A DNA stretch of 64,000 nt from Acidobacteriaceae bacterium. Lineage in GTDB: Bacteria; Acidobacteriota; Terriglobia; Terriglobales; Acidobacteriaceae. The notes beneath the pieces were generated by a model. It saw only the letters and a list, made by a program, of their open reading frames with translations. It searched no databases and had not been told where the DNA came from. Position 1 is the first letter of the stretch. The number at the start of each line of letters is the position of its first letter. Shown here piece by piece: positions 1 to 9,791 of this stretch. Where the stretch lies: assembly GCA_003151985.1 (NCBI GenBank), contig PLZC01000183.1, positions 13,517 to 77,516 of the forward strand, in the 5' to 3' direction. The translations under genes and the position numbers were made by a program.

Positions 1-39
1 AAATAGAACGGGCGGCACGATTGGCCGCCCGTTCTATTT
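1..39 (-). terminator. Intrinsic terminator-like hairpin downstream of TonB receptor gene
   Basis: Perfect 16-bp inverted repeat AAATAGAACGGGCGGC (1-16) / GCCGCCCGTTCTATTT (24-39), 15 bp past the stop at 55. Confidence 0.8.
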
Positions 40-54
40 ACAGGTGAATTGAGG

Positions 55-3000
55 TTAGAAGGTTATCTTGCCGAGGAGTTCGGCGGCGCGGCCGCCAACC
101 GTCAACGAGGTAATCGAGGATGTTTGCCCTGGGCCCCAGGTTGTATTCGGCAGCCCAAAGCTCGGGTGATTGAGTATGTTGCTTGCATCGACGCGGATCT
201 GAATCTTGGATTCGCGCCAAATGGTGAAGTTCTTGCCAAACGAGAAGTTGATGTTCGAGAGGCCCGGACCACGCAGCGTGTCTCTGCCGGAGTTTCCGAA
301 AGTCCCTAGGGCCGGTTGAGCAAATGCAGCCTCATTGAACCAGTTCTTGCCCGGTCCGATTTGCTTCGCCCCGGCATAGGGGCTCACGCCTGGAACAACA
401 TTGGGATACTGACTTCCAGATTGAGAGAACGAGGTGTCATCTGCATTTGTAACAGTAAACGGGTTGCCGGTCTGCCATTGAATGGTGGCAGCAGTCTGCC
501 ATCCGCCGATAATTTCATCCACGAAGGCGTTGCCGTTCAGGAACCGCGCGCCTCGTCCGAAGGGCAATTTGTAGATGATGCGTCCCTTGAACATGCTGCG
601 GATGTCGAAGTCCGAAGGCCCATAGTTTGCGCGCGGGTCATACATTCTCTGGATGGTGATGGTTCCGCAGTTCCATGCGCAGGGGTCCGACATGTTGAGG
701 AATTTGGACCATGTGTAGTTGAAGTTGAAGTCAAGGCCCGAACCCATGCGCTTCTGGACGGTTGCCTGAAGCGAATTGTAGTTCGAGATGGCATTGAACC
801 TGTTGCCGTAGATGGATTGGAAATTAGGATACGGACGGGCGTTGGTGGCGCCTTCGGTATCGTTTGGACCGAGCTTATTCTCGGGAATCTGGTTGATATC
901 GACACCAAACATCTGGTCGTAACCGTGGCTGCCAACGTAGGCAATATCAGCCGCCATATTGTAGGCGAATTGACGTTGAATGTTGAGGTTGTACTGCCAG
1001 ATCTTATTTATCGGCTCGTGGTAACTGGCGAACGGCGCCCCCTGTCCGTTGAGGGCATCAGGAGTGGTGGGGGCATTCAGATACAGAGTGTTAATGCTCT
1101 GTCCGGAGCCTCCCTGGTTGTTCACAGTACCGTCCTGGTCGAGGAGCAGAACCGGCAACTTGCCATTGGTGTTGTCGCCACTATTGCCTGATTGACCAAG
1201 TGCTTGCCCCAATTCTGAATAGGCGCTTGGTCCCTCCTGAAGGTTGTATGCATACAGGCCAATTCCGCCACGGATGACTGTATTCGGTTTCGGCTGCCAG
1301 GAGGCGCCGAAGCGCGGCAGGAAGAGGTCCCAAAGAGGAGCGATAGTCTTGGTGCGCCCACCGGCCCGGGATTTTCCGTACCACATGGCGCCAAGCGTAT
1401 TGGTATTTCCAAACGGATCGACGCCCGGATTCTGTAGTGTTGGATCCCACGAGCGCTCGTTACCATGGGCGTCGCTCATGCCCGTCCATCCCTCCCAGCG
1501 CACACCGGCGTTGACCGTGAGATTGGGACGCAGTTTTACATCGTCCTGAACAAAGAGCTGGACACTCTTCATCCTTGGGTAGAATTCGGGTGTGTTGCTT
1601 GCAGACCAGCCATTTGCCTGCCCAAGGAGGAAATCCGCATAGGGAACGCCGCTGAGAGCATCGCCGGTGCTTGCGTTGCTATACACGCCGTTGAAGTTTA
1701 CATGTCCGGCATCGACATTGCCCCAGAGCGTGGTATTGATTTGCTGGTCAAGGAACTCACCCCCAAAGTGGAGGACATGCTTGCCCTTGATCATCGTGAT
1801 CACGTCGGAGGGTTCCATCATGACCTGGTGTTGAATGGCATTGGTTCCCGGCGCCAATTCGTAGATCCCTCCATTAATTGCGAAATCTGGAAATAGATCT
1901 GCCTTGGCCCATTGGAGTCCCATCTGGGCCGGAAAGCCTTTGCCAATCGACTGAGGGATGAAGAGGTTGTTCTGAGTCGACAACCCGACGCGGAATTCGT
2001 TGATCATATTCGCGCTGAAGGTCCAAACGTCGGAAAGCTGCGCCGTGGTGGCGTCGCCGTTGGCATTGGTGCAGTTGATAGGGCAGTCGTTGGATAGCTC
2101 GTTGAACTGACTCGTATTGTAAAAATGCGTTGCTGTGAGCCGGTTCTTTGGCGTGATGTCGTAATCCACGCGATAGAAATAGGACCAGCCGGGGCCGTTG
2201 GTCGGGACGTTGTAAAACACATTATTTGTTGTAATGCCGTGTTCTACGCTGGGGCTGGTTACGTTGGGAGTTGGGAAGAACTTCTGGACGTTCTTTGCCG
2301 CGGCAGAAATCATGTTATCGGGAATCTTGTTGCTTCCGTATTCAGAAAGGAACGATTTCCGATGCACCCCCAGCGAATCGACGGTTTGAGTTGTCGGGTC
2401 GTAGATGAGCAGCGGTGTCCAGGATCCATCGGGTTTTTGAACTTCCATTCCGGTAAAATCGCCGTTCATCATGGCAGTAGTAGGAACGGTTTCAAAACCG
2501 TTGGAACTGCCGCCATAGCTCTGGACGCGGTTATAGTTTCCGAAGAAGAACAACTTCTTCGATAACGGTTTCCACGGAACGAATCCGCCCACGGAGCCGC
2601 CATAGAAATTGGCGCGCAGGGTTGGCACTGAAGCCTGCTGGCCGAAACCGTAAGGCGCCGCATTCAGTGCGTTGTTCTGGAAATACTCGAAGACGTCGCC
2701 ATGGTAACGACTGGTGCCGCCCTTGCTGATCTGGTTGTAGATCACGCCTCCGTTTTCATACTGCGCGGAAGGGGCGTTGGTAACAATCTGGACTTCCTGC
2801 AAAGTGTCGAAGTTGTAGTCGTAGGAGTTTCCGTTCGACGGCAGCGACATGGTGACGCCATCGCCGAGAACGTTATAGAAGACGGCGTTGCCATTGACCG
2901 ATGCTGTTTGACCCGGGGTCACATTGCTATTGCCGCCGGTCGGCGTACCGGAAGTACCGGGCATCAAGATCACGAAATATTCCCAGCTCGCAAAATTCGG

Positions 3001-3435
3001 CAGGTCCTGCATCTCCTGCTCGGGCAGAGTTGTGCCCTGCGTGCCGGTTTCGGTCTGCATCAATGGAACGTCGTCGGTGACTGTCACGGTCTCCAATGCA
3101 GCGCCGACTTTTAACGATCCGTTGATGGTAAGCGTCTCGTTATTCAGAGTGACCGGACCGCGCACATAGGTATCGAAACCGGCTTTGGTGAAAGTGAGGG
3201 TGTAGTGGTCGGTAACGATGGGACCTGTATCAAACAAGCCCGCGCCGCTGGTTTTGTAAACGGTGGTAACGCCCTTGTCGACATCCAGAACACTGACCGT
3301 CACACCTTCTATCACGGCGCCAGTGGGATCTGTAACCGTTCCGCGAATGTCGCCTGAGTTTGTGTTTTGAGCAAAGGCCGGGCTGACGCCCAGCGCAATG
3401 GCAAGGAAGATTCCAAATCGAATCGTATTTCGCAT
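55..3435 (-). CDS. Oar-type TonB-dependent receptor with N-terminal carboxypeptidase-regulatory-like domain
   Basis: 1126 aa; signal peptide; GTVTDPTGAVI N-domain; SKGGTSRYHGDVFEYFQN and FVQDDVKLRPNLTVNAGVRWE barrel motifs; C-terminal Phe; GGAGG RBS. Confidence 0.93.
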   Translation of the reverse strand: MRNTIRFGIFLAIALGVSPAFAQNTNSGDIRGTVTDPTGAVIEGVTVSVLDVDKGVTTVYKTSGAGLFDTGPIVTDHYTLTFTKAGFDTYVRGPVTLNNETLTINGSLKVGAALETVTVTDDVPLMQTETGTQGTTLPEQEMQDLPNFASWEYFVILMPGTSGTPTGGNSNVTPGQTASVNGNAVFYNVLGDGVTMSLPSNGNSYDYNFDTLQEVQIVTNAPSAQYENGGVIYNQISKGGTSRYHGDVFEYFQNNALNAAPYGFGQQASVPTLRANFYGGSVGGFVPWKPLSKKLFFFGNYNRVQSYGGSSNGFETVPTTAMMNGDFTGMEVQKPDGSWTPLLIYDPTTQTVDSLGVHRKSFLSEYGSNKIPDNMISAAAKNVQKFFPTPNVTSPSVEHGITTNNVFYNVPTNGPGWSYFYRVDYDITPKNRLTATHFYNTSQFNELSNDCPINCTNANGDATTAQLSDVWTFSANMINEFRVGLSTQNNLFIPQSIGKGFPAQMGLQWAKADLFPDFAINGGIYELAPGTNAIQHQVMMEPSDVITMIKGKHVLHFGGEFLDQQINTTLWGNVDAGHVNFNGVYSNASTGDALSGVPYADFLLGQANGWSASNTPEFYPRMKSVQLFVQDDVKLRPNLTVNAGVRWEGWTGMSDAHGNERSWDPTLQNPGVDPFGNTNTLGAMWYGKSRAGGRTKTIAPLWDLFLPRFGASWQPKPNTVIRGGIGLYAYNLQEGPSAYSELGQALGQSGNSGDNTNGKLPVLLLDQDGTVNNQGGSGQSINTLYLNAPTTPDALNGQGAPFASYHEPINKIWQYNLNIQRQFAYNMAADIAYVGSHGYDQMFGVDINQIPENKLGPNDTEGATNARPYPNFQSIYGNRFNAISNYNSLQATVQKRMGSGLDFNFNYTWSKFLNMSDPCAWNCGTITIQRMYDPRANYGPSDFDIRSMFKGRIIYKLPFGRGARFLNGNAFVDEIIGGWQTAATIQWQTGNPFTVTNADDTSFSQSGSQYPNVVPGVSPYAGAKQIGPGKNWFNEAAFAQPALGTFGNSGRDTLRGPGLSNINFSFGKNFTIWRESKIQIRVDASNILNHPSFGLPNTTWGPGQTSSITSLTVGGRAAELLGKITF

Positions 3436-3599
3436 ACACAGCCTCCTGAAGATTCTTTGGTTGCACCCAATCTATTGCTGGGGTTCATGGAAATGTTTAC
3501 AATCGGTCCCGGTCCGCTGCTGTACTGAATTGCGCTGAATGATGCAATTCGCGGTGCAAATGCCAAGGGTTACATTGTGGTTTGGACCAATCTGTTTTG

Positions 3600-6182
3600 T
3601 CAGTCGCCAGTTCGAGTAACGGGCCGGTTTGTTTTACTCGAGGTCGATGCTTTCTGGCGTATGGGTTTGTAGAGAAGTTGATCGGTGATCGCTTGCTGGT
3701 CGGGCCGCGGGGTCATCCAATCGCTTTGCAAGGTTCCGTCAGTCTGCTCGCCTGGAAAGTAACCCCAGAGCCACCAACTTCCGGCGACGGGCTGCTCGTC
3801 TCCCTTGAAGGCCGGGCCTCCTTGCGCTGCGAATTTGCCGTTCATGTAGTCAAGAAGCGTTTGCGCCCAGACGCGGTCTTGCGGCTTGTCCAGGTTCGAA
3901 CCCATCTCGCCGATCCATACCGGCGCGATGTTTCGGGTATAGAGATAGCCCCAATCGTCGTTCATGTGCGGAATCAACGTGGAGGGCTTATCGTTTGCCC
4001 CGAAGTCATAAACGTTTGTGTCGTACTCGTGAACCGAATAGACGACTTGATGGGGAACATTTAGGACCACCGGTTTTGCGGGGACGCCACCAACGCCGCC
4101 GACAGCACTTAGATCGCCCTCGGGACCGATTCCGGCCAGGCCGTTGCCTGTGTTGGCGGTGCCTTGCGGGCCTTCACAGATGATGAGCAATTTCGGATTC
4201 AGGGCGAGGATTGCGTTGCCGAGGTCGGTGTACATCTTCCAGATGTCGGTGGGGCCGCCCTGTCCCCAGTTGAGCGAGACGCCGCCGGTGCCATGGCTCA
4301 ATGGCTCGTTATCCAGGTCGTAGCCGATTACGGTTGGGTTGCTGCGGTATCGCTTGACCAACGCAAGCGTGTTCGCATGGAACATCTCCGCGGTAACTGT
4401 GCCGGGGTTGCTGCCGTCTGTTCCGTTAGAGCCCGGGCCTTTGTCGAACCAAAGACCATTTGTCTGCTGGCCGCCCCAGCCGTGATCTCCCCCGTCGTTG
4501 GTGTGGTGATCGAAGATGATGCGCAAGCCGACGACGCCTGCAAAATCAACAATCTTGTCCATCACCTGCATGCTGTTGAGACCTTTGAGATCGGGGTTCA
4601 GATCGTAGTTGATAGCGCCGGGTTTGGGCGATGCATTGAGGGTGATATCGGCCCAGGCAATGCGGACGGTATTGAAGCCATCCGCAACTATCTCCCGCAT
4701 GGTCTTCTGGTGGTTGACATTTCTTAGAAAACGCAGGGCGTTGTCGGTGCCGTCGTATCCGGGCAGGCCTACGGATGCGAGCCGCACAGGTTTTCCGCGC
4801 TCATCCACAATCTGAGCGCCCTTGGTAGTAAACCAGCCCTTGGGCAGCAGCGCGCCGCGATTGCCGGATGTGGACGCAGCTTCGGTTCTCATGAAGCGGA
4901 GTTGCGAGTACATTGCCAGTTGTGCCGGCCTCAGAGTGCCGTTCAGCAATGTTCCATCGGGAGTTTGCCCGCTGAGAGCGCCCCATGCCCACCAGTCCGT
5001 GCCAAATGGCTGGTCGGCCGCGGCAAAGGTGGGACCGCCCGGCGCCTTGCCGTTCAGATAGGTAACAAGCGCCGTGGCCCATTTTGCTTGCTGCTCGATA
5101 GTGACGCCATCCGAATGCGGATTATCGAGGCTGGCGCCCATCTCGCCGATCCAGACAGGATCTATGCGGTCGATGGCAAGGAAGCCCCAGGCAGCATTTC
5201 TATCTGCGATGGATGGACCCTGATTGTTCGCGCCAATATTCGGATAATCATGGATTGAATAAACAAACTTGGAGGAAGGGGGGCTGAGAAGAACGGGCTT
5301 GGACAGCGCCATGCTGCAATCCATGATCCCTTTCGTTCCCTCTTCCATGCCGTTCAACAGCTTTCCGCTGTAGTTGATGGGACATTCGCCGACGATCAAA
5401 ACGCCAGGGTCTGCAGCCTCGATTGCAGAGCCCACGTCCTCAAACATCTTCAGGATGTCGGTTGGGCCGCCGGTGCCCCAGTTGATAGGCGTTGCGTGCT
5501 TGCCGAGCACGAGGGGCTCATTGTGGAGGTCGAAGGCAATCACCGTACTGTTGCCGGCATAGTGTTTGGCAACGTTTACCCAATCGGCCTTGAATTTCTC
5601 CGGAGTTATCGTGCCCTTGTTGCCGTTGCCGCACGCGTCGGTGTTATCGGTGCCCTCACCCACGTCAAACCACAGGCCATTCTCCTGCTGGCCGCCGCAA
5701 AGTTCCTCTGAATCGTCCACGTGGTGGTCAAAAATCACCTTCATGCCCAAGGGAGTGGCAGCGGCGACGATAGTGTCCATGATGGGGAAGGTGGAGTTGA
5801 GCGCAGCCTCGTCGAACGGGAAGCGGGCGCAATTGAAGCCGGCCTTTTTCATGCCCGCCAGGTCGCCCGGGATATCGGGGCTTGGTTCGTTGTAACCGGC
5901 ACACGCAAGGCGCACCGGGTTCCCCTGCTCATCCACGATTTGCGCGCCCCTGGTGGAGAGCCAGCCCTTGGGGAGCAACAGGCCAGTTCCATCCTCGGAC
6001 ACGTCTTGGGCGGGGGCTTGCGAATTGAGTGCAAGCTGGGCCGGTTGCCGGGCAGCGCTCTGCGAATTTGCATGGGAAGTTCTTGCGACGAGGTTGCCCG
6101 AGGTGACTGACTTACCTGAATCTAGAGCAAACCCGGCGATTCCGCATAACGAGATCGTAAGCACAATACCGAAGCGAGTCAT
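3600..6182 (-). CDS. Secreted glycoside hydrolase with two tandem GH5 (cellulase-family) catalytic domains
   Basis: Start moved to ATG 6182 (MTRFGIVLT signal peptide); each repeat has GAQIVDE.G.PVRL, IFDHH, NEP (acid/base), YS.H.Y and WIGEMG (nucleophile). Confidence 0.9.
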   Translation of the reverse strand: MTRFGIVLTISLCGIAGFALDSGKSVTSGNLVARTSHANSQSAARQPAQLALNSQAPAQDVSEDGTGLLLPKGWLSTRGAQIVDEQGNPVRLACAGYNEPSPDIPGDLAGMKKAGFNCARFPFDEAALNSTFPIMDTIVAAATPLGMKVIFDHHVDDSEELCGGQQENGLWFDVGEGTDNTDACGNGNKGTITPEKFKADWVNVAKHYAGNSTVIAFDLHNEPLVLGKHATPINWGTGGPTDILKMFEDVGSAIEAADPGVLIVGECPINYSGKLLNGMEEGTKGIMDCSMALSKPVLLSPPSSKFVYSIHDYPNIGANNQGPSIADRNAAWGFLAIDRIDPVWIGEMGASLDNPHSDGVTIEQQAKWATALVTYLNGKAPGGPTFAAADQPFGTDWWAWGALSGQTPDGTLLNGTLRPAQLAMYSQLRFMRTEAASTSGNRGALLPKGWFTTKGAQIVDERGKPVRLASVGLPGYDGTDNALRFLRNVNHQKTMREIVADGFNTVRIAWADITLNASPKPGAINYDLNPDLKGLNSMQVMDKIVDFAGVVGLRIIFDHHTNDGGDHGWGGQQTNGLWFDKGPGSNGTDGSNPGTVTAEMFHANTLALVKRYRSNPTVIGYDLDNEPLSHGTGGVSLNWGQGGPTDIWKMYTDLGNAILALNPKLLIICEGPQGTANTGNGLAGIGPEGDLSAVGGVGGVPAKPVVLNVPHQVVYSVHEYDTNVYDFGANDKPSTLIPHMNDDWGYLYTRNIAPVWIGEMGSNLDKPQDRVWAQTLLDYMNGKFAAQGGPAFKGDEQPVAGSWWLWGYFPGEQTDGTLQSDWMTPRPDQQAITDQLLYKPIRQKASTSSKTNRPVTRTGD

Positions 6183-6333
6183 TATGAATCCCTGACTTCT
6201 CACTGCTCTGGCCGGGAAAGTGAGCGAACTGCCTGGAACGGTTAAGTCGATCACAACGCTCCGGGAGTTCCCGAGCCGCGGGAGCGAGACACAGAAGCTT
6301 AAATCACCCATCATCCCTCCAGATGAGTGAGTA

Positions 6334-6388
6334 ATTCAAACGATTTAAATAGTGCTTCATTTTCACTCTCATAACAACATCTTGTCAA
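6334..6388 (-). promoter_or_regulatory. Candidate sigma70 promoter plus LacI-type operator for GH5/TonB receptor genes
   Basis: TTGACA on minus strand at 6388-6383, weak -10 (GAAAAT) about 18 bp away, then imperfect CG-centred palindrome TTCAAACGATTTAA (6335-6348). Confidence 0.4.
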
Positions 6389-6540
6389 GAGGCTTTTCCA
6401 TATCAATTAGTAGACAATGAAGGAAAATGCTTCAGGCTTAGGAAGATAGAGAGCAAACCCACCGAAGCGCCGGAGTTCAATCGACGAGCTCGGCAAGAAC
6501 GTCGCCCTCTGATTCGTCGTGCCGGCCTGGGCACAAACAA

Positions 6541-6728
6541 CTAAGGAAGCTCTGAACAAGCTCGTTTTGAGCAGCCACATTCCCTCAGGGGCTAAAGCCC
6601 ATTGATTTTATTGGCTTTATCGGCACGACTGAAGTCGTGCCCTGACGCTAAGTCTCAGAAATCGAGTTTTTCCGCAGCCTGTAAAGCCCGTACCCTTCAA
6701 AACAGTGACTTAATCAGAGATTCCCTAA
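6541..6728. repeat. Composite REP/MITE-like palindromic element (copy A)
   Basis: GGGCT-AA-AGCCC (6589-6600), GGCACGACT-GA-AGTCGTGCC (6622-6641), TTTTCCGCAGCCTGT (6668-6682); imperfect outer inverted ends CTAAGGAAGCTCTGA / TCAGAGATTCCCTAA; shares modules with copies at 39.7, 53.3 and 55.6 kb. Confidence 0.85.
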
Positions 6729-6747
6729 TTGATATGATGTGATTGCC

Positions 6748-7941
6748 ATGTGCCCCAAATCTGTATTGCTCACGCTGTTATTGCTGCCTGCCCTTTCGGT
6801 CCCTTGTGCGTCACAGACCGCGCCCAGCAAGCAGGATCAGATCACGCAACATTCGCGGATGGCACAGCAATATCTGCAAGAGAAGCGGCCGGAAATGGCG
6901 ATTCCGGAGTTTCAGGCCCTGGTTGCTCTCGATCCGGGCAATGCGGATGCCCATGGAAATCTTGGGGTTCTGCTTTTCTTTCGACGGGACTTTAAAGCAG
7001 CCGCTCCTGAGTTGCGGGCCGCAATCAAGTTACAGCCGGAGTTATGGAAGATTCGGGCTTTGTTAGGGCTCGCTGAAGCCAACCTGGGGGATACCAACGC
7101 CAGCCGCGAGGACCTGGAGACTGCTTTTCCCCATTTAACGGAGGCAAAGATTCAGAACGAGGTGGGTCAGGTACTGATCAATGGCTACACCCTGAGTGGA
7201 GACCTGGAAAAGGCCGCGACCGTTGTGTCAACGATGCTGGCATTGCAGCCGACCGATACGACTATGCTCTATACGGCTTACCGGCTTTACTCGGACCTGG
7301 CGGGCAAGGCCATGTTAACCCTGGCTCTGGTGGCGCCGGGCAGCGCACAGATGCACCAGGTTATGGCCCGTGAACTTGGCAGACACGGAGATGAAGCCGC
7401 GGCGGTGGCAAACTATCGCGAAGCCATCAAGATTGATCCGCGGCTTGCCGGTCTCCATTCTGAACTGGGAGATTTGCTCTACCACTCTTCCGACGCGCAG
7501 CTTAAGGCTGAGTCAGAATCAGAGTTCAGGGCTGCTTTGGCGGTAAATCCGCGGGATGCGAAGGCTCACATGATGCTGGGCGCAATTGCAGAGAAGCAAG
7601 GCGACGTGAAGGCCGCGTACGATGACTATTCCCACGCGATGGAAATTGACCCTAACGATGGAGATGCAGTTACAGCGGTAGGGAAAACGCTGATCTCGAT
7701 GAACCAACCGGAGAAAGCGCAGCAGATGTTTGAGCGGGCCATTCAGATCGACCCCACTAACTACCTTGCACATTATCGTCTGGGCACGCTTTATCGCCAG
7801 GCAGGGAAGACGGAGGAGGCAAAGCAGCAAGTTGCGGAGTATCTAAAATACAAGCAGATGAAGGAGAAGCTGGAAAAGATATTTCATGATATGCGAGTTC
7901 TCTCCGGCCACAACGTGGATGAGGATCAGGAAGGGAAATAA
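6748..7941 (+). CDS. Secreted tetratricopeptide repeat protein
   Basis: Signal peptide; repeated TPR motifs (ALDPGNADAHGNLGVL, AVNPRDAKAHMMLGAI, QIDPTNYLAHYRLGTLY). Confidence 0.9.
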   Translation: MCPKSVLLTLLLLPALSVPCASQTAPSKQDQITQHSRMAQQYLQEKRPEMAIPEFQALVALDPGNADAHGNLGVLLFFRRDFKAAAPELRAAIKLQPELWKIRALLGLAEANLGDTNASREDLETAFPHLTEAKIQNEVGQVLINGYTLSGDLEKAATVVSTMLALQPTDTTMLYTAYRLYSDLAGKAMLTLALVAPGSAQMHQVMARELGRHGDEAAAVANYREAIKIDPRLAGLHSELGDLLYHSSDAQLKAESESEFRAALAVNPRDAKAHMMLGAIAEKQGDVKAAYDDYSHAMEIDPNDGDAVTAVGKTLISMNQPEKAQQMFERAIQIDPTNYLAHYRLGTLYRQAGKTEEAKQQVAEYLKYKQMKEKLEKIFHDMRVLSGHNVDEDQEGK

Positions 7942-9784
7942 TATCGAAGCGCCAGTCACTACTGGAGGATCGAAGGCGTTATCGGCGTGGCTTCTCAAAT
8001 CGTGCGCGGCGTTTTCAATCCTGTGCCTTGGTGTGGCGAGCGTGGGACAAATGGGGACCCCAACCCCACTGTCCCCTGCCGAACGTGCGAAGGCGGCGGC
8101 TGAAAGAGAAGCAACTGGCGCCCTTCCCAACTATCCAACATTGGTGGATATTACCGCTTCGACCGGGATCCACTTCGATCACTTATCGAGCCCCGAGGCC
8201 AGATTCATTCCCGAGTCGATGAGCGGTGGAGTTGCGCTGATCGATTATGACCGCGATGGCTGGCCGGACATCTATTTTACGAATGCTCAGAGCGTCGACA
8301 TGGCCCTGCACGGCGTGAAATCGCGGAGCGCCTTGTTTCATAACAACCACGACGGAACATTCACGGATGTAACCGACAAGGGAGGGGTAGGCTATCCCTG
8401 CTGGGCGATGGGAGCAGTGGTTGGCGACTACAACAACGACGGCTGGCCCGACCTGCTGGTGACTTGTCTGGGTGGAGTGGTGCTGTACCGCAACAATGGA
8501 GACGGAACATTTAGCGATGTGACCAAAGCCAGCGGCCTCGGCGGCGATTCCGGATGGGCAACGGGGGCGACCTTTGGTGATTATGACGGCGATGGGTGGG
8601 CCGATCTTTTCGTGTCGCACTATGTGGATTTTCACCTCGATAATCTTCCGGTGTCTGGTTCGGGAAAACCATGCAAGTACCTGGGACTCGACGTGCAATG
8701 CGGTCCACGCGGGCTGAAGGGGTCTCCCGACAGTCTCTACCACAACAATGGGGATGGTACGTTTCGCGATGTATCGAGGGGCTCCGGAGTGGACGATCCG
8801 GAGCGTCGTTACGGCCTGACGGCGGTGTGGTCGGATTTCGATAATGATGGAAAGCTGGATCTGTTTGTTACCAACGACGGCCACGCCAACTATCTTTACC
8901 AGGGCGACGGCACGGGTAAGTTTGTGGATGTCGGTCTATCTTCCGGCGTGGCGACGAACGAAGACGGAGTTGAACAGGCGAATATGGGAGTAGCCTTGGG
9001 AGACTATTTGCACACGGGGCGCATGTCGTTGTTGATTTCGCATTTTGACGTGGAATACGCGGCCCTCTATCGCAATGAGGGAGGCATGAATTTTACGGAT
9101 GTCTCGATAGCTTCGGGAATTGCCCGCGGTACGCAGGGCTATGTGGGCTGGGGAGACGCCTTTGTCGATTTCGACAACGACGGTTGGCTGGATTACTTCC
9201 TGGTGAACGGACATGTGTATCCGCAAGTGGATAGTGTTCATGCGGGGGCCAAGTTTCTTGAGCCGAAGTTCCTGTTCTTGAATCAAGGCGACGGAACGTT
9301 CAAGAACGTCAGCAAGCGGGTAGGGGCGGCGATCCAGAAGCCGCAGGTGAGCCGCGGAATGGCTATAGGCGACCTGTTCAACGACGGCAGGATTGAAGCC
9401 GTGGTTGAGAATCTCGTGGGCAATCCGATGATCCTGCGCCCTGTGGGTGGCAAGGAAAACCACTGGGTGAGCTTTCAATTGGAAGGCGTAAAGAGCAATC
9501 GGCTGGCATTGAATGCGCGCGTGCGTGCGACGGCAGGCGATTCGGTACAAACTGCAGAGGTAATCAGCGGCGGGAGTTACCTATCACAGAACGATCTGCG
9601 CGTTCATTTTGGCCTGGACTATCACGACCATATGGATAAGGTTGAGATTCTTTGGCCATCCGGCAAGAAAGAGATCTTTTCTCAACTGCCCGCAAACCGT
9701 TATTACTTCCTTCGCGAAGGCGAGGGAGTCGTTAACTCGAAGCCGGCGGCAGGCACTGTGATCAAGCTGACTCCTCGGCCGTAA
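7886..9784 (+). CDS. CRTAC1 family protein (FG-GAP/VCBS repeats plus ASPIC/UnbV domain); start uncertain
   Basis: Repeated DYDxDGxxD motifs; C-terminal SGGSYLSQNDLRVHFGL...VEILWPSG; adjacent to TPR gene as is typical. Confidence 0.9.
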   Translation: MICEFSPATTWMRIRKGNNIEAPVTTGGSKALSAWLLKSCAAFSILCLGVASVGQMGTPTPLSPAERAKAAAEREATGALPNYPTLVDITASTGIHFDHLSSPEARFIPESMSGGVALIDYDRDGWPDIYFTNAQSVDMALHGVKSRSALFHNNHDGTFTDVTDKGGVGYPCWAMGAVVGDYNNDGWPDLLVTCLGGVVLYRNNGDGTFSDVTKASGLGGDSGWATGATFGDYDGDGWADLFVSHYVDFHLDNLPVSGSGKPCKYLGLDVQCGPRGLKGSPDSLYHNNGDGTFRDVSRGSGVDDPERRYGLTAVWSDFDNDGKLDLFVTNDGHANYLYQGDGTGKFVDVGLSSGVATNEDGVEQANMGVALGDYLHTGRMSLLISHFDVEYAALYRNEGGMNFTDVSIASGIARGTQGYVGWGDAFVDFDNDGWLDYFLVNGHVYPQVDSVHAGAKFLEPKFLFLNQGDGTFKNVSKRVGAAIQKPQVSRGMAIGDLFNDGRIEAVVENLVGNPMILRPVGGKENHWVSFQLEGVKSNRLALNARVRATAGDSVQTAEVISGGSYLSQNDLRVHFGLDYHDHMDKVEILWPSGKKEIFSQLPANRYYFLREGEGVVNSKPAAGTVIKLTPRP

Positions 9785-9791
9785 CGGAAGA

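Noticed and set aside
316-1191. 291-aa plus-strand ORF and similar long antisense ORFs (12460-13296, 21320-22285, 38537-39655, 39844-40728, 44854-45798, 47498-48475, 62447-63685)
   Set aside because: They lie antisense to well-supported genes, have no recognisable motifs, and are expected shadows of GC-rich codon usage
6589-6641. Palindromic repeats as a possible CRISPR array
   Set aside because: The copies are dispersed, there is no regular repeat-spacer periodicity, and there are no cas genes
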